A stretch of DNA of 64,000 nt from a virus (Duplodnaviria; Caudoviricetes), in the IMG/VR virus record IMGVR_UViG_3300014208_000023, positions 192,001-256,000 of that record; one strand, given 5' to 3'. Below, one piece after another: positions 1 through 11,600 of this stretch. The notes beneath the pieces are model-generated. The model was not told the origin of the DNA. It saw nothing but the letters and a program-made list of their open reading frames with translations, and did not search any database. Each line of letters starts with the position of its first letter. Positions within the stretch are counted from its first letter, which is position 1. The position numbers and the translations under genes are program-made.

Positions 1-327
1 TAGGTCCACCATAACTTGTGTTCCAAGTATATTAGAATGAACAAATGGAATGGCTGATGCTATTGAATGATCAACAAATGATTCAGCGGCTCCATTAATA
101 ACATATTCAGGGCGTTCTATTCTAAAAACATTCTCCATAAATTGCTTATCAGCAATATCTCCCATATAAAAATTGGGATGTAAATCTCTATTAAGATTTT
201 TTAAATTATATGGTTGAACAATTTTATCTACTCCAACAATATGATATGGCCACTTCTCTATATATGCTTTACGAACAAAATTAGAGAAAATAAATCCCGC
301 CGTACCAGTCACTAGAATAGTCTTCAT
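1..327 (-). CDS. rmlB: dTDP-glucose 4,6-dehydratase, 5' part only (runs off the window; not in the ORF track)
   Basis: Translated by hand from the ATG at 327 (ATGA overlap with the stop of the upstream gene): MKTILVTGTAGFIFSNF (Rossmann GxxGxxG-like) ... INGAAESFVDHSI ... SNILGT, matching the RmlB AAESHVD and TNxxGT motifs. Confidence 0.85.
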   Translation of the reverse strand, partial: MKTILVTGTAGFIFSNFVRKAYIEKWPYHIVGVDKIVQPYNLKNLNRDLHPNFYMGDIADKQFMENVFRIERPEYVINGAAESFVDHSIASAIPFVHSNILGTQVMVDL

Positions 328-1514
328 TCAATAATCCTTAATTCTGGAAGTGGAATAATGAACTTACCTTTATATCCAGATTTTCTACATTTATCCATAA
401 TTGAATCCGCAAAATTCCAGGCAAGTACTAATAAAACATCTGGATTCTTTTCTTGAATGGCAGATGATGGCATTACCGGTATGTGCTTGCCAGGAGTAAA
501 TGTTCCTTGTTTTAAAGGAGCGTCATCTACAGCAAAATCAATTATAGACTCATCTACATCTAAAGCATACATTAAAGTAGTCGCCTTTGCTGGAGTTCCA
601 TAAATAGCAATTGACTTACCGGCGGCTTTATATTCTTTAAGAATTTTATTTAGATCCTTGCCTAATTTTTTGATATTTATTTTTAATTGTTCAATAAGCT
701 CTTTGGGATTAATTTCATCTGAAACAAATACATTTGTTATGTTTGTTTTATTTTTTACATATACCCTAATTGATCCTCCGTGATTATCAATGTGTTTAAC
801 ATTAACTATTTTTAGATCTAATTTTTCAAAAAATGATATGAGAGGATTAATAGTATGATATGATGAGTGTTCGTGATATACAGTATCAATTAAAGTGTTA
901 TTGCAAACATCTATAAAATATGAGACTTCAAATATAAATACTCCATTATATGCTAGTATTTTTTTAATACCTTTAACGAATCCAATCATATCTGGAACAT
1001 GAGCCCAAACATTATTAGCCGTTATTAATTCAAATTGTCCATATTGTTTTAATATAGTATCGGCATATTCTTCAGTAAAAAATTCCGCTATAGTTTCAAT
1101 GCCTTCTTTATTGGCCTGATCTGCAATATTACGAGCAGGATCTATTCCAAGAACCTTCATGCCTAATTTTTGAAATTCTTTAAGCAGTGTTCCGTCATTA
1201 GATGCAATATCTAATACTTGCATTCCAGGATCAAGCTTGCACTGATCAATTAAATCAATTGCATATTGTCTAAAATGCTCAACATTAACTTTAGACGTAC
1301 CAGATACAAATAAATAATGACGGAATAATCTTTCAGGATCAACCGTTTCATTTAATTGATAATGCCCACACTGCTCACAACAACATACTTGAAGTGGAAA
1401 TTTATCCTGTTCTTCTTTAGTTTTTAAGAATTCATTAGCTAATGGGGTATCTGGAAATTTTAATACGGGCTCACCTAATGGGTATAAACATAGGCGACAA
1501 TTTTCTTGTTTCAT
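324..1514 (-). CDS. NDP-hexose C-methyltransferase (sugar 3-C-methyltransferase family)
   Basis: N-terminal Zn motif CRLC...CEQCGHYQL, SAM-binding VLDIASNDGTLL, YHEHSSY, C-terminal YGTPAKATT...LAWNF; architecture of TylCIII/EryBIII-type enzymes. Confidence 0.85.
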   Translation of the reverse strand: MKQENCRLCLYPLGEPVLKFPDTPLANEFLKTKEEQDKFPLQVCCCEQCGHYQLNETVDPERLFRHYLFVSGTSKVNVEHFRQYAIDLIDQCKLDPGMQVLDIASNDGTLLKEFQKLGMKVLGIDPARNIADQANKEGIETIAEFFTEEYADTILKQYGQFELITANNVWAHVPDMIGFVKGIKKILAYNGVFIFEVSYFIDVCNNTLIDTVYHEHSSYHTINPLISFFEKLDLKIVNVKHIDNHGGSIRVYVKNKTNITNVFVSDEINPKELIEQLKINIKKLGKDLNKILKEYKAAGKSIAIYGTPAKATTLMYALDVDESIIDFAVDDAPLKQGTFTPGKHIPVMPSSAIQEKNPDVLLVLAWNFADSIMDKCRKSGYKGKFIIPLPELRIIE

Positions 1515-1939
1515 TAGTAATCCTCACGAATAACATCTGCCTCATGACTTGCATGATCTCTATTTCGTTTAGAAAATGATAATAATACTGTATCTTCAAG
1601 AAAAACAGTTTTGTGAATTACATTAGGCGGAGTAAATACCATTTGTCCAGCTTTAACTATGAGCGGCTTTGCATTAGGATTGGTAGACAGTCCAACATTT
1701 CTTTCATAGTATTCCATGCTACCAGACATCACATAAAGATAATGAAAATCAGTTTTATGCCAATGATTAGATCTTACGCTACCGGCTTTACTTGTAATTA
1801 TTGATGCACATTGCACTGGCGTATTTAATAGATTTTGAATTCCGCCCCTATCATCTAGAAAAGGAGGGTCGAGTGGAACTATGGGATCTTCTGGATATTC
1901 TTCTTCATTAACAGCATCTGTATAATCTTTATTCTTCAT
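1514..1939 (-). CDS. Cupin-fold NDP-sugar isomerase/epimerase (FdtA/WxcM/RmlC-like)
   Basis: DDRG motif, RSNHWH cupin motif and PPNVIH; lies between the sugar-pathway genes. Confidence 0.7.
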   Translation of the reverse strand: MKNKDYTDAVNEEEYPEDPIVPLDPPFLDDRGGIQNLLNTPVQCASIITSKAGSVRSNHWHKTDFHYLYVMSGSMEYYERNVGLSTNPNAKPLIVKAGQMVFTPPNVIHKTVFLEDTVLLSFSKRNRDHASHEADVIREDY

Positions 1940-3060
1940 TTTTTCTTATCCTTTATTATATCCTCTATTTTAATTGCAATTTTGGACCAGGTGTAATTAG
2001 AAGCAAATGCGGTACACTTTTCTATAATACTGTCCGCAAAAGCTTTATTTGTTAGTCCTTTAATGACAGCATTAGTAAAAGCTGGCAAATTATCTCTAAT
2101 AGGGCTCTTAATTATTACTGCTCCCGAATCATTATAAATAGAGCCTAAACAATCTATATCTGTCATAACCGGCACAGTATATCCTGCGTGATTTTCCATA
2201 GTAGATACTGAAAACCCCTCAGTAAAAGCAACGGTATCTGCCGAAAAGGCAAATACGGAAGCTTCGCTTATTTCTTTTGCCATCGTTTCTCTGCTAACAG
2301 ATCCTATTTGTTCTACGTCTAAATGTTTTAACTTTTTAACACTTTCTTTTATATACCTAAGTCTTTGTCCCATTTCCACTACATGCGGATGATGGCTTGA
2401 ATCATTTGGTTCTATGTTAAGAATATCTCCATAATCAAAATGATAAAATATTTTCAAGCTAGCTTCTGGAACTGCTTCTTTAATTTTAGACCATTGACTT
2501 AGTAACCAATGTAATCCTCTATCACAACTACTTGTCCAAATTACTCTTCCAGGCACTCTTTTATCTTGATACCAAGACGGATCGCATCCAAGCGGAACAA
2601 CTGACCATTTCTCTGGAGTTTTTACTGATTTTTTTATATATTCCATATGCATGTCACATGGACTTAAAAAGACATCAACAAAATCATCATAATCAGCTTG
2701 GCAATATGAAAAATCATTTAAAAATTGCCAACAAATACGTGTTCCAGTAGTATTAACCCCTCGAAATGCATCTGGTTCGTTTATAGATATGACTGCATCA
2801 AAACTATCATCAATAACGGTATGGCGATCTATAAAATTGTATAATTTTACACTCTCCCAAGTATCTGGTTTATTATTTGGTTCGGCATGAACTGTAAATA
2901 AAGAAACATCATGCCCAAGCTTAGCCAGCTCTTTACTAATCATTACTGTTGATAAATCGGTTCCTGTTAAGCCTCTTAAACAGGTCCAAATATTATCATA
3001 CCAAAAATCTAATGGACGCTTTCCAATAGAAAAAGAGCCTAAAAATACTGCAATTTTCAT
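1936..3060 (-). CDS. Glycosyltransferase, GT-B fold (GT4-like)
   Basis: LAKLGHDVSLF, WTSSCDRGL, FTEGFSVSTME (ExFxxxxxE); paralogous to the C-terminal domain of 5140..7875. Confidence 0.8.
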   Translation of the reverse strand: MKIAVFLGSFSIGKRPLDFWYDNIWTCLRGLTGTDLSTVMISKELAKLGHDVSLFTVHAEPNNKPDTWESVKLYNFIDRHTVIDDSFDAVISINEPDAFRGVNTTGTRICWQFLNDFSYCQADYDDFVDVFLSPCDMHMEYIKKSVKTPEKWSVVPLGCDPSWYQDKRVPGRVIWTSSCDRGLHWLLSQWSKIKEAVPEASLKIFYHFDYGDILNIEPNDSSHHPHVVEMGQRLRYIKESVKKLKHLDVEQIGSVSRETMAKEISEASVFAFSADTVAFTEGFSVSTMENHAGYTVPVMTDIDCLGSIYNDSGAVIIKSPIRDNLPAFTNAVIKGLTNKAFADSIIEKCTAFASNYTWSKIAIKIEDIIKDKKK

Positions 3061-4304
3061 TGTGTTTTCACTATAAAATTAACCAATTGTGTAAAATACT
3101 CCATACTTTTAGATATATCAATTGTTTCTTTTGCCTTAATATTAAGTAGTGGCATTGAATGAACAACAATGTCGCATTCAAGATCTGAGAATTTATCGCG
3201 ATGACATAAATTAACTCCGTGCTCAATCCTTTCTAATTCGCAAGAGTCTAATGAATAAATAGTAACTGAATGACCTTTATTTGCTAAAATCATAGCTTCA
3301 TCATGAGCTTCATCAAAAACAATATTTAAGGGTTTATTTATTTTTTTACCATGTGTTGCTTTAATGAAAATATTTCCTTGATTTTCAACGTCTCTTGTTC
3401 CAAGACATAAAGCAACATAACACTCTTCAATATGAAATCCCGCTTCACGAAAATCTGCTGCTACGCTCCATATAGATGGAGCAATTAGATGAAAACGCGG
3501 ATTAGGGTGTAACCATGATGTTCCATTTAATCGTTTATATAGCCATGGATGAGCCCATTCAATATAATTCCCTCGCATCCATGCTCCATATGGTGTGCAA
3601 AGCAAAAATTTTCCATTTTCATTCATTAAATTTTTTGCCGGAATTAGCATATCATTTACTCGATCCATGATATGTTCATATGTATCTGTGCTGGTAATAT
3701 AATCAAATTTTTGATTCAAATTAAGATTGCTTATGTCTTTAAAATATGAAACAAAAAATTTTGCTCCAGTATTAAATTCTTTTGCTTTTCTATTTGCCAA
3801 TGCAACAGAAGTTGTGGATAAATCTATTCCAACAGCTTGATATCCCATTAAAGCATATCTATTTGTAAAACCTCCATCCATCGACCCAAGATCAAGAATT
3901 GATGAGGGAGTTTTTGAGAGATTTTCAACGATTAGATTGAAGCGATTTGCTTCTTGTGATCCCTCTGATAAATTTCGTGGAAGTGGAGTTCCAGCCTCAC
4001 TCTCAGTATTCTCCGGACTGTTGTTTAGAATAGCCGTTTCATTATCATAAATCCATGCAATTGATTGTTTTGTCAAAAACAAAGCCTTTTTTGTTGCGGC
4101 AGAATCTCTAACTCTATATGGTGCATTTTCTAAAAAAATGATCGCGGATTGAACTTCATCATGAAGCATATATTGTTTCCAAATAGCAATAACTACAGAT
4201 TGTAATTGTTCTGTAGTAATATCTAGTGGAAAATCACTAAAATCATATTCGCTTGGAATTGACCAATCATTGGCTCTGTTCGATAATTTTACTTTTGGAA
4301 ACAT
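3057..4304 (-). CDS. Class I SAM-dependent methyltransferase with an N-terminal module shared with 5140..7875 and a remnant GT4 N-lobe
   Basis: ILDLGSMDGG, VGIDLS, FDYITSTDTYEHI, LLCTP; N- and C-terminal segments align by eye with parts of 5140..7875. Confidence 0.75.
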   Translation of the reverse strand: MFPKVKLSNRANDWSIPSEYDFSDFPLDITTEQLQSVVIAIWKQYMLHDEVQSAIIFLENAPYRVRDSAATKKALFLTKQSIAWIYDNETAILNNSPENTESEAGTPLPRNLSEGSQEANRFNLIVENLSKTPSSILDLGSMDGGFTNRYALMGYQAVGIDLSTTSVALANRKAKEFNTGAKFFVSYFKDISNLNLNQKFDYITSTDTYEHIMDRVNDMLIPAKNLMNENGKFLLCTPYGAWMRGNYIEWAHPWLYKRLNGTSWLHPNPRFHLIAPSIWSVAADFREAGFHIEECYVALCLGTRDVENQGNIFIKATHGKKINKPLNIVFDEAHDEAMILANKGHSVTIYSLDSCELERIEHGVNLCHRDKFSDLECDIVVHSMPLLNIKAKETIDISKSMEYFTQLVNFIVKTQ

Positions 4305-4327
4305 AAATGCGCCTTTCTCTAATTCTA

Positions 4328-5143
4328 TTATTTAATAGCTTCAACAACAAAGCTATGCGTCAATCCGAAGTCTACTACTTGTTTTGACATTATATCATCT
4401 TTGCTTTTACCAGTTTCATAATAAAACTCTACATCTTTAAACCCTGCGGCAGATAATACCGCAGTCATTGATTTTTTAGTGAAAAGAAACATATGTCCAT
4501 CATAATTAGTCCAAGTGCATCCTTTGCCACAAGCGCCATACATTATCATAGCTAATTGTGAGCCTGGATCTGCATTCCTATAAAATTCAGGCTGCTCGAT
4601 AGCAAATTTATCCATATCATCATTCAAATAAGCTTTAATGAGTAAATCAAGATCAGGAGTAGTCATCCTAATAACTCCTCCAGGTTTTAACATTCTATGG
4701 CAGTCTTTTAATAATTTTGGAACTTCATGAATTGGATTAAGATGCTCAATAACTTGTCCTATATAAATTGATTCTATGCTATTATCTGCATGATGAGAAA
4801 ATCCATTTCTAATATCATGCACTCTAAAATCTACCATTCCTTTGCTGCGAATGAAAGTAGATAATACTTGTTGGTGCTCAGGCATCTCATGTAAAACATA
4901 AAATAATGTTTTAGCTTCATCCTGCCAGTCTAGATATTTAAGGTAATTCGATATATCTTCACGATCATAATTAATCCAACCTTCAAATGGAAATACATTT
5001 GGTCCAGAACCTATATTAAGTCTTGGTAAATATGTTTTTTTATCTTCTACCGGGATATAACATTCTGATTCTACTGAAGCAATAAAACTTGGTGATGCTA
5101 TTGCCGTACTATTTAGTAATTTTTTAAAATCGTCGTCATTCAT
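4328..5143 (-). CDS. SAM-dependent methyltransferase (type 11-like, glycan-associated)
   Basis: RLNIGSG...GWINYD, YIGQVIEHL, RMLKPGGVIRMTTPDL. Confidence 0.8.
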   Translation of the reverse strand: MNDDDFKKLLNSTAIASPSFIASVESECYIPVEDKKTYLPRLNIGSGPNVFPFEGWINYDREDISNYLKYLDWQDEAKTLFYVLHEMPEHQQVLSTFIRSKGMVDFRVHDIRNGFSHHADNSIESIYIGQVIEHLNPIHEVPKLLKDCHRMLKPGGVIRMTTPDLDLLIKAYLNDDMDKFAIEQPEFYRNADPGSQLAMIMYGACGKGCTWTNYDGHMFLFTKKSMTAVLSAAGFKDVEFYYETGKSKDDIMSKQVVDFGLTHSFVVEAIK

Positions 5144-7875
5144 TGGGTCTTTCTTCTTTCAGGATTTGATTCCAATAATCTTGTATCTCCATTATAATAT
5201 CCATTACCATTTTCTTTATATGGAACAGTTGGTTGATAAGGAGTCATTGGGTGAACATTAACCTCATCAATTAATTGATTAAACATATTGCTCCAGTCTT
5301 GGGCAAGATCATCTAAACCAAATGTTTGTTTAGCATATTGCTGCAAATTAATTCTGTCTGATTCGCTATAATTATTAATCGATTTAATAACCGATTTAAC
5401 AAATTTATCTTTATATTCTATTGATGTCCAATCTCCATTAATTAAAATGCCTCGATTAGATACCGTTTCATTTAATGCAGCAATACTTGAAGTAACTACT
5501 CCTAATCCCGCAGCCTGCGCTTCCATCGCAGTGATGCAAGATGTTTCGGTAAACCATGTTGGATGAATCCAGCAACCGGCTGATAAAAATTCTTCGGCCA
5601 ACACTTCTTTACTCACCCTATCATGATATACCACGCCCAATGGCTCTAGCTCTTTAATTTGATTTTTGAGTCTTCCAATTAAATCAGATTGTAATTTATC
5701 ATGTTGCGCAGAAAATTCCCAGTTTTTAAATCCATAATAAAGATGTAGCTCTGCCTTCGGAACTTGTTTTTTAATTTGTGGCCATACTTCTAATAAAATT
5801 GGCCAGCTTCTATCTGGGCTAGAACTATTAACGCATTTGAATTGATTTCTTTTTATATTTTTCGTGAAAAGATTCAAATCAATTCCATTTCTGGTTACAA
5901 TGACATGATCCGGATGAATATTATGAATATTAACTAATACCTGTTTGTGCCACTCAGTTAGTGCAAGTACCCTATCAGCTTTTAACAATAATTCATTAGT
6001 TGCGGCAATAGCATAAACATCATGAACCCATAATAATTTAAGCTTGGCTTTAATGTTATATTTATCGTCTAACATATCTGCACGACGAGATACAACTAAT
6101 ACGTCACACTCTAAATCTTTAAATTTATTAGTTTGATAATAATGTACTCCATCATAAACTTTACTACCAAAAATTCCACAACTATTATAAACGCTAACGT
6201 TATGCCCTAAAGCCGCCAATCTTTTTGCTTGCTCTAATAGCATAGTTTCACTACCGCCAATACCCATTCTTTTAACGGTTTCAGGGGTCCAAGTTTCAAC
6301 GCCATCTCCCGCAAAAAATATTACATTTAAAGGTTTATCAGTTCTTACTAATGCAGAGGAGGTTGTTGTTATGCTATTTAATTTTTGTTTTTCTAAGTCT
6401 TTAGATATATTAGAAATTCTAATAATATCATCAGAATTTTGCATAGTAATTGGTAAGCTGGCAACTAATGCAGCGGCGGATGCAAATTCATCACGAAGTA
6501 TTAATTGTTTCCATAATAATACTATGGTTGAATTAACTTGATCATCTGATAAGTGTGCAGGAAGCTCTTCGAAATTACATTTGGCAGGAATTTCCCAATT
6601 TAATAAAAATTTATTTTCATTAATGGTCTGTTTATTTAAAACCGCTCCAATAAAATCAGACATTTTAGGAGTTAATTCTTCTAGTGCTCTTAATTGATAA
6701 ATAGCCGCTAATGCTTCTTGTTTATGAATCCAAATTTCATATATTTTTTTATTTATAATAAGTGCTTGATCATTTGGCTGACTCTTAAGACCTATATTAA
6801 CGCTTTCTAATGCTCCTTTAATATCTCCCAATTTACTTAATGCCATATTTAGATATCGATGAATATCATATTCTCTATCTAATGGATTAACAAATAATAA
6901 AGTTTTAGTAACGGGAAGGTTCAATCCAACACGAGAAAAATATACGCATCTTTCCCAATGACGCATTTCATTGGGTCCTCCTCGTTCTGCCAAGAAATAA
7001 AACATTTTAGCTAAAGCAAAATAACCTTCACCCCAAGTTTCTTTAATAGAAATTGTTTTGAATGCCCACTTAAGACCATCTTCATATTTGCCCTGGGCTT
7101 GAAAAATATCAACTAATTTAAGACATGCCATGGCTCGCTCATCATCCCAGCCAGAAATATCTACATACTTACTAAGATGTTGAATAGCTTCATCTACTAA
7201 TCCATTATTATAACATTCTAATCCAAGATAATACATCTGCCTTGCATCAGAATCTCCAACCTTAGCAAAATAATTTCTTAAAATACGTAAATTACGACCA
7301 GACTCCGGAGCCTTATTACTATATTGTCTTCTATGTTTATATACAACAGAATCATCAGTAACGAATGCACAATTAACTCCATCATTAGGAATTACAACTT
7401 CATGTACTGGATTAACCCAATGAAATTTGTTCTTATTAGAGAATAATCTCTCTCTATAATGCAAACAAGTACATTGCCCTAATTCATTATAGGAATATTC
7501 ATAAGGAAACATAAAAGCAATCGCATCAACATCTGGATTTATTGCATCTGTTAATTTTAATAAATTTTCTGCTCCAACAATAACATCATCAGCATCCATC
7601 CACATTACCCATGGTTGGGTTGCAAGTTCAAAAGATCTTTGTCTGGCTTGAGAAAAATCTTCAATCAAACCAGTTTCAGGATTATTACAAGCGGTATAAT
7701 TTTCAAAAACATCTGCTAAACGACGAGCCACATCGGCAGTGCCATCAGTACTGCCAGTATCAACTATAACAATTTCTTTTACATAATCTCGAATGGACTT
7801 AATACAATCTTCTAATAGGGGCTCATTTTTTACAATTATACATACGCTTACGTTTGCTTGGGACTTCATATTCAA
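5140..7875 (-). CDS. Bifunctional glycosyltransferase: GT2 + TPR repeats + GT4
   Basis: VSVCIIVKNE, VDTGSTDGT, DFSQARQRS, WMDADD, VHE (GT2-TPR family of protein O-glycosyltransferases); TPR-like helices; C-terminal GT-B with GIGGSE and FTETSCITAMEAQAAG. Confidence 0.85.
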   Translation of the reverse strand: MNMKSQANVSVCIIVKNEPLLEDCIKSIRDYVKEIVIVDTGSTDGTADVARRLADVFENYTACNNPETGLIEDFSQARQRSFELATQPWVMWMDADDVIVGAENLLKLTDAINPDVDAIAFMFPYEYSYNELGQCTCLHYRERLFSNKNKFHWVNPVHEVVIPNDGVNCAFVTDDSVVYKHRRQYSNKAPESGRNLRILRNYFAKVGDSDARQMYYLGLECYNNGLVDEAIQHLSKYVDISGWDDERAMACLKLVDIFQAQGKYEDGLKWAFKTISIKETWGEGYFALAKMFYFLAERGGPNEMRHWERCVYFSRVGLNLPVTKTLLFVNPLDREYDIHRYLNMALSKLGDIKGALESVNIGLKSQPNDQALIINKKIYEIWIHKQEALAAIYQLRALEELTPKMSDFIGAVLNKQTINENKFLLNWEIPAKCNFEELPAHLSDDQVNSTIVLLWKQLILRDEFASAAALVASLPITMQNSDDIIRISNISKDLEKQKLNSITTTSSALVRTDKPLNVIFFAGDGVETWTPETVKRMGIGGSETMLLEQAKRLAALGHNVSVYNSCGIFGSKVYDGVHYYQTNKFKDLECDVLVVSRRADMLDDKYNIKAKLKLLWVHDVYAIAATNELLLKADRVLALTEWHKQVLVNIHNIHPDHVIVTRNGIDLNLFTKNIKRNQFKCVNSSSPDRSWPILLEVWPQIKKQVPKAELHLYYGFKNWEFSAQHDKLQSDLIGRLKNQIKELEPLGVVYHDRVSKEVLAEEFLSAGCWIHPTWFTETSCITAMEAQAAGLGVVTSSIAALNETVSNRGILINGDWTSIEYKDKFVKSVIKSINNYSESDRINLQQYAKQTFGLDDLAQDWSNMFNQLIDEVNVHPMTPYQPTVPYKENGNGYYNGDTRLLESNPERRKTQ

Positions 7876-7899
7876 TATATATAACCGAGATTATTCGAA

Positions 7900-8619
7900 T
7901 TATGTATTAAATAATACGGCACTTAATGCTGTTACGTCAGCAGTAGTAAATGCCGAAGTACTTCTTCCCCAAAATGGTGATATCATGCCACCATTGAATG
8001 GGAAGTCAGTTCCACCGCTTCTAACTCCTAGGAATTGAGCCGTAGATATTTTCCAATCAGATCCAAGTGTGCCAGTGCCTGTTGAAGATTGCGCAACTGT
8101 ATTAATATATTGAGTAACAACTCCACTTGATCCATTTTTAACTACAATAAGACTAAACCATCCAGCACCAATTACAGTTGCATCAGATAATGCGCCAGCA
8201 AAATTAACTATTCCGCCAGCATCTATATAACAGTTATAGTCATCAACACCATAAAGCCACTCTGCATCGGCAGTTCCATCGCAACGAATTAAAGCTCCCC
8301 AAATAAAATGATCGGTTCCAACGTATGCCGGTAAAGTGGTTATTATATTTGATTGAATACAATCTTGATTTGGCAAAGTTTGCCCATCAAAATCAGGATA
8401 AGATTGTCCCAGTGCCGTTGTTGCGACGGCAGGAATATTCGCAGCCGTACCGCCTGGATTAAGCGCAACTCCATTTCCGGAACCAACTTGACATGTATAA
8501 GTTCCGGTAGAATCATAATTCAAATACCATCTATATAATCTTGAGCCTAAAACATCCAGAATTGTTGTTCTGGTACTTGATCCAGAAAATGATATTAATG
8601 AGGTAGATATTCCAATCAT
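7900..8619 (-). CDS. Concanavalin A/LamG-like beta-sandwich virion protein (probable start 8619)
   Basis: ATGA overlap with the collagen gene stop gives MIGISTSL; [11 protein letters not shown]...YINTVAQ...FLGVR...FNGGM pattern is typical of LamG-like domains. Confidence 0.55.
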   Translation of the reverse strand: MIGISTSLISFSGSSTRTTILDVLGSRLYRWYLNYDSTGTYTCQVGSGNGVALNPGGTAANIPAVATTALGQSYPDFDGQTLPNQDCIQSNIITTLPAYVGTDHFIWGALIRCDGTADAEWLYGVDDYNCYIDAGGIVNFAGALSDATVIGAGWFSLIVVKNGSSGVVTQYINTVAQSSTGTGTLGSDWKISTAQFLGVRSGGTDFPFNGGMISPFWGRSTSAFTTADVTALSAVLFNT

Positions 8620-11600
8620 GAATTTCCGCCTTCCATTCTTTGAAAAATTCCATACCAATTAATAGTTGTATTGCTTCCTCTAACGAAACAAATTCCAGTT
8701 GCACCTGTATATGTCATAGTTGCGTTCCAAAATGAATTATCTTGTTTAGAACCGTTGTCTACACATGTCGATCCTGATGGAATTGCCCACGCCGTAGCTC
8801 CATCATGACGAAGCGTAAAAGAACGTTTAAATACTGCTGCCTGAGCCGCACCAGAACTAACACCATTTATTACTCCATCGAGATTGGTAACTGCTGTTGT
8901 ATCTATTGTGTAAGCATACATTGGCTGCCAACCAGTAGCTGTGGTTGTAAATTCAACTTCATCCGTATAAGTTCTTCCTTTAATAGTAGATCTATTTGTC
9001 GTTCTTGATCCAAGAACATCAATATTTCCACTGCCACTTACTCCAAGCATAGAATAACCAGATAACTGTTTAACCGTAGCTCCAGTAGGTCCGGTAGCAA
9101 GATCGCCTCCAAGTTGAAGTGTTCCCGGCGGTCCGGCAGGTCCGGTAGGACCAATTGGTCCGCCAGCAGGACCAGTAGGTCCCGCAGGACCAATAGATCC
9201 GGTTGGACCTATACTTCCAGTAGGTCCCGGCGATCCTTGGGCTCCAGCTGGACCAATAACACCCTCCATCGAAACTGCTCTAAATGACGCTTTATCCAAT
9301 GAAACTATTCTAGAGTTAGCTATTTTTCTCCACTCAATAAATCCGGTGTGAGAGCCTGCTGCCAAGCTGACGCCAGCAATTGAATTTACTTGCACTGGTC
9401 CAGTATGGACCATAACTTGATTTTCACGTTTCGCAACTCCGTCGATAACCCATCTGGTTTCAACTTGAGCCGGTCCAAGAGTACCAGATGCAAGAAGCTG
9501 CATCGAGTAATCCCACATTGTATTAGCAGCCACGCCCAACGTAATATTAATGTAAGTGCTTGGAATAGCCGTGAATGTAGATCCGGTTGGTTGTCGGTGT
9601 CCCGTGGCAATTAAGAAAGATAATGGCATGACGTCCACACCGCCGATTGGACCAGTAGCTCCTTGTGGACCAATGGATCCCGTAGGTCCAACGGGACCTG
9701 TTGGTCCTGTAACACCACCGCCACCACCACCCGGAATAGCTACTTGAATAACTGTTCCGGTAGTTGTTGATGTTGCTACTGCTGATACGCCAGCTCCTAC
9801 AAAATTAAAAGCGGTGACATTGCCTTTAAGAACATCATCATCTAATACATTTATTCCGGAGAATCCTCCACCTGGACCTTGAGGACCAATACTTCCCGTT
9901 GGACCTGCCGGACCAGTAACTCCAGGCGAACCTTGAGTGCCAATAGATCCTGTAGGTCCAGGTGATCCTTGAATTCCTTGCGGACCGATACTGCCTGTAG
10001 GTCCTTGTATACCTTGTTGACCTTGCGGTCCAGTAGGTCCAGTTGATCCTATCGTTCCAGTTGGACCTTGAGGTCCAATGCTACCCGTTGCACCAGCAGA
10101 TCCTTGTAGTCCTTGAGGTCCAATGCTACCAGTAGCTCCAGCAGATCCTTGCGGACCTTGCAGTCCAGTAGATCCAATAGTTCCAGTTGGTCCCTGTATG
10201 CCTTGTGGACCAATACTGCCCGTAGGACCAATACTGCCTGTAGGTCCTTGAATACCCTGTTGACCTTGGGGTCCAGTTGGACCTGTAGATCCTATAGTTC
10301 CTGTTGGACCTTGAGGTCCAATACTGCCCGTTGCGCCAGCAGACCCTTGTTGACCTTGAGGACCTATAGGTCCAGTAGCACCAACGGTTCCAATTGATCC
10401 GGTTGGACCTTGAGGTCCAATGCTTCCAGTAGCTCCGGCAGATCCTTGTTGACCTTGCGGTCCAGTCGATCCAATAGTGCCTGTTGGACCTTGTGGTCCA
10501 ATAGAGCCAGTAGGACCTTGAATGCCTTGTGGACCAATGCTGCCTGTAGGTCCTGTAGAGCCAATCGTTCCTGTTGGACCTTGAGGTCCAATACTGCCTG
10601 TTGCGCCAGCAGATCCCTGTTGACCTTGTGGTCCAGTTGATCCAATTGTTCCAGTTGAACCACGAGGTCCAGTAGGTCCAGTAGACCCAATCGTTCCTGT
10701 TGGACCTTGAGGTCCAATACTGCCTGTAGGTCCAATAGATCCTTGTTGCCCCTGTGGTCCTGTAGGTCCAGTTGATCCTATAGTTCCGGTTGGACCTTGA
10801 GGTCCAATGCTACCTGTAGCGCCAGCAGATCCTTGTATACCTTGTTGACCCTGAGGACCTGTAGGTCCTGTAGAACCGATAGTGCCAGTTGGACCTTCTA
10901 CGCCTTGTGGTCCAACACTACCTGTAGATCCTGGAGATCCTTGAGGACCAGCTGGACCAGTTGCGCCAGTAGCATTTCCACCAATTGTAAATAAGCTAAA
11001 GTTTGCATCAACAACTGTTAAAACAGTTCCGCCAGATATAGATATTCCTCTAACTCTAATGTCTACAACGTCATTCGCACTTAGAAAATTCAAATCTGTA
11101 ATTGATATTGATGTATTTTGCCCGGTGCCTTGCGAGGCTGCTCGCGCTCGGGCATTTATGTGCTCAACACCATTAATAAAAATTGTCCACTCATAATCTT
11201 TATTCGCGCCGTCTGTATGAAATGTAATAGATGCCGCTAATTTATACCAACCAGCAATATTAATTGTAATATCACTAGTACTAGCGCTTGGAGTTGTTCC
11301 AAATGCATTTGCAACAGTATCAAGTGCTGTTATTTTATAAAAAGTATCAGTAGTTGTAAGGGTTTGTCCAGTAACATTATCGGTTACACTTAGCGTACCA
11401 TAATTTGCAGGATTACCAGCTGGTCCGGTAGCACCTACGCTACCAGTTGGTCCAATTTGTCCAGCTGGACCTATCTGCCCTGTTGGTCCAATAGTGCCGG
11501 TTGGACCAATAGGTCCAATGCTACCAGTAGCTCCAGCAGATCCTTGGGGACCTTGAGGACCAGTAGCTCCACCACCGGCACCGCCGATGCCAGTAGCATT

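Noticed and set aside
9872-10980. Regularly spaced DNA repeats that could be taken for a CRISPR array
   Set aside because: They are degenerate, in-frame Gly-X-Y codons with no unique spacers.
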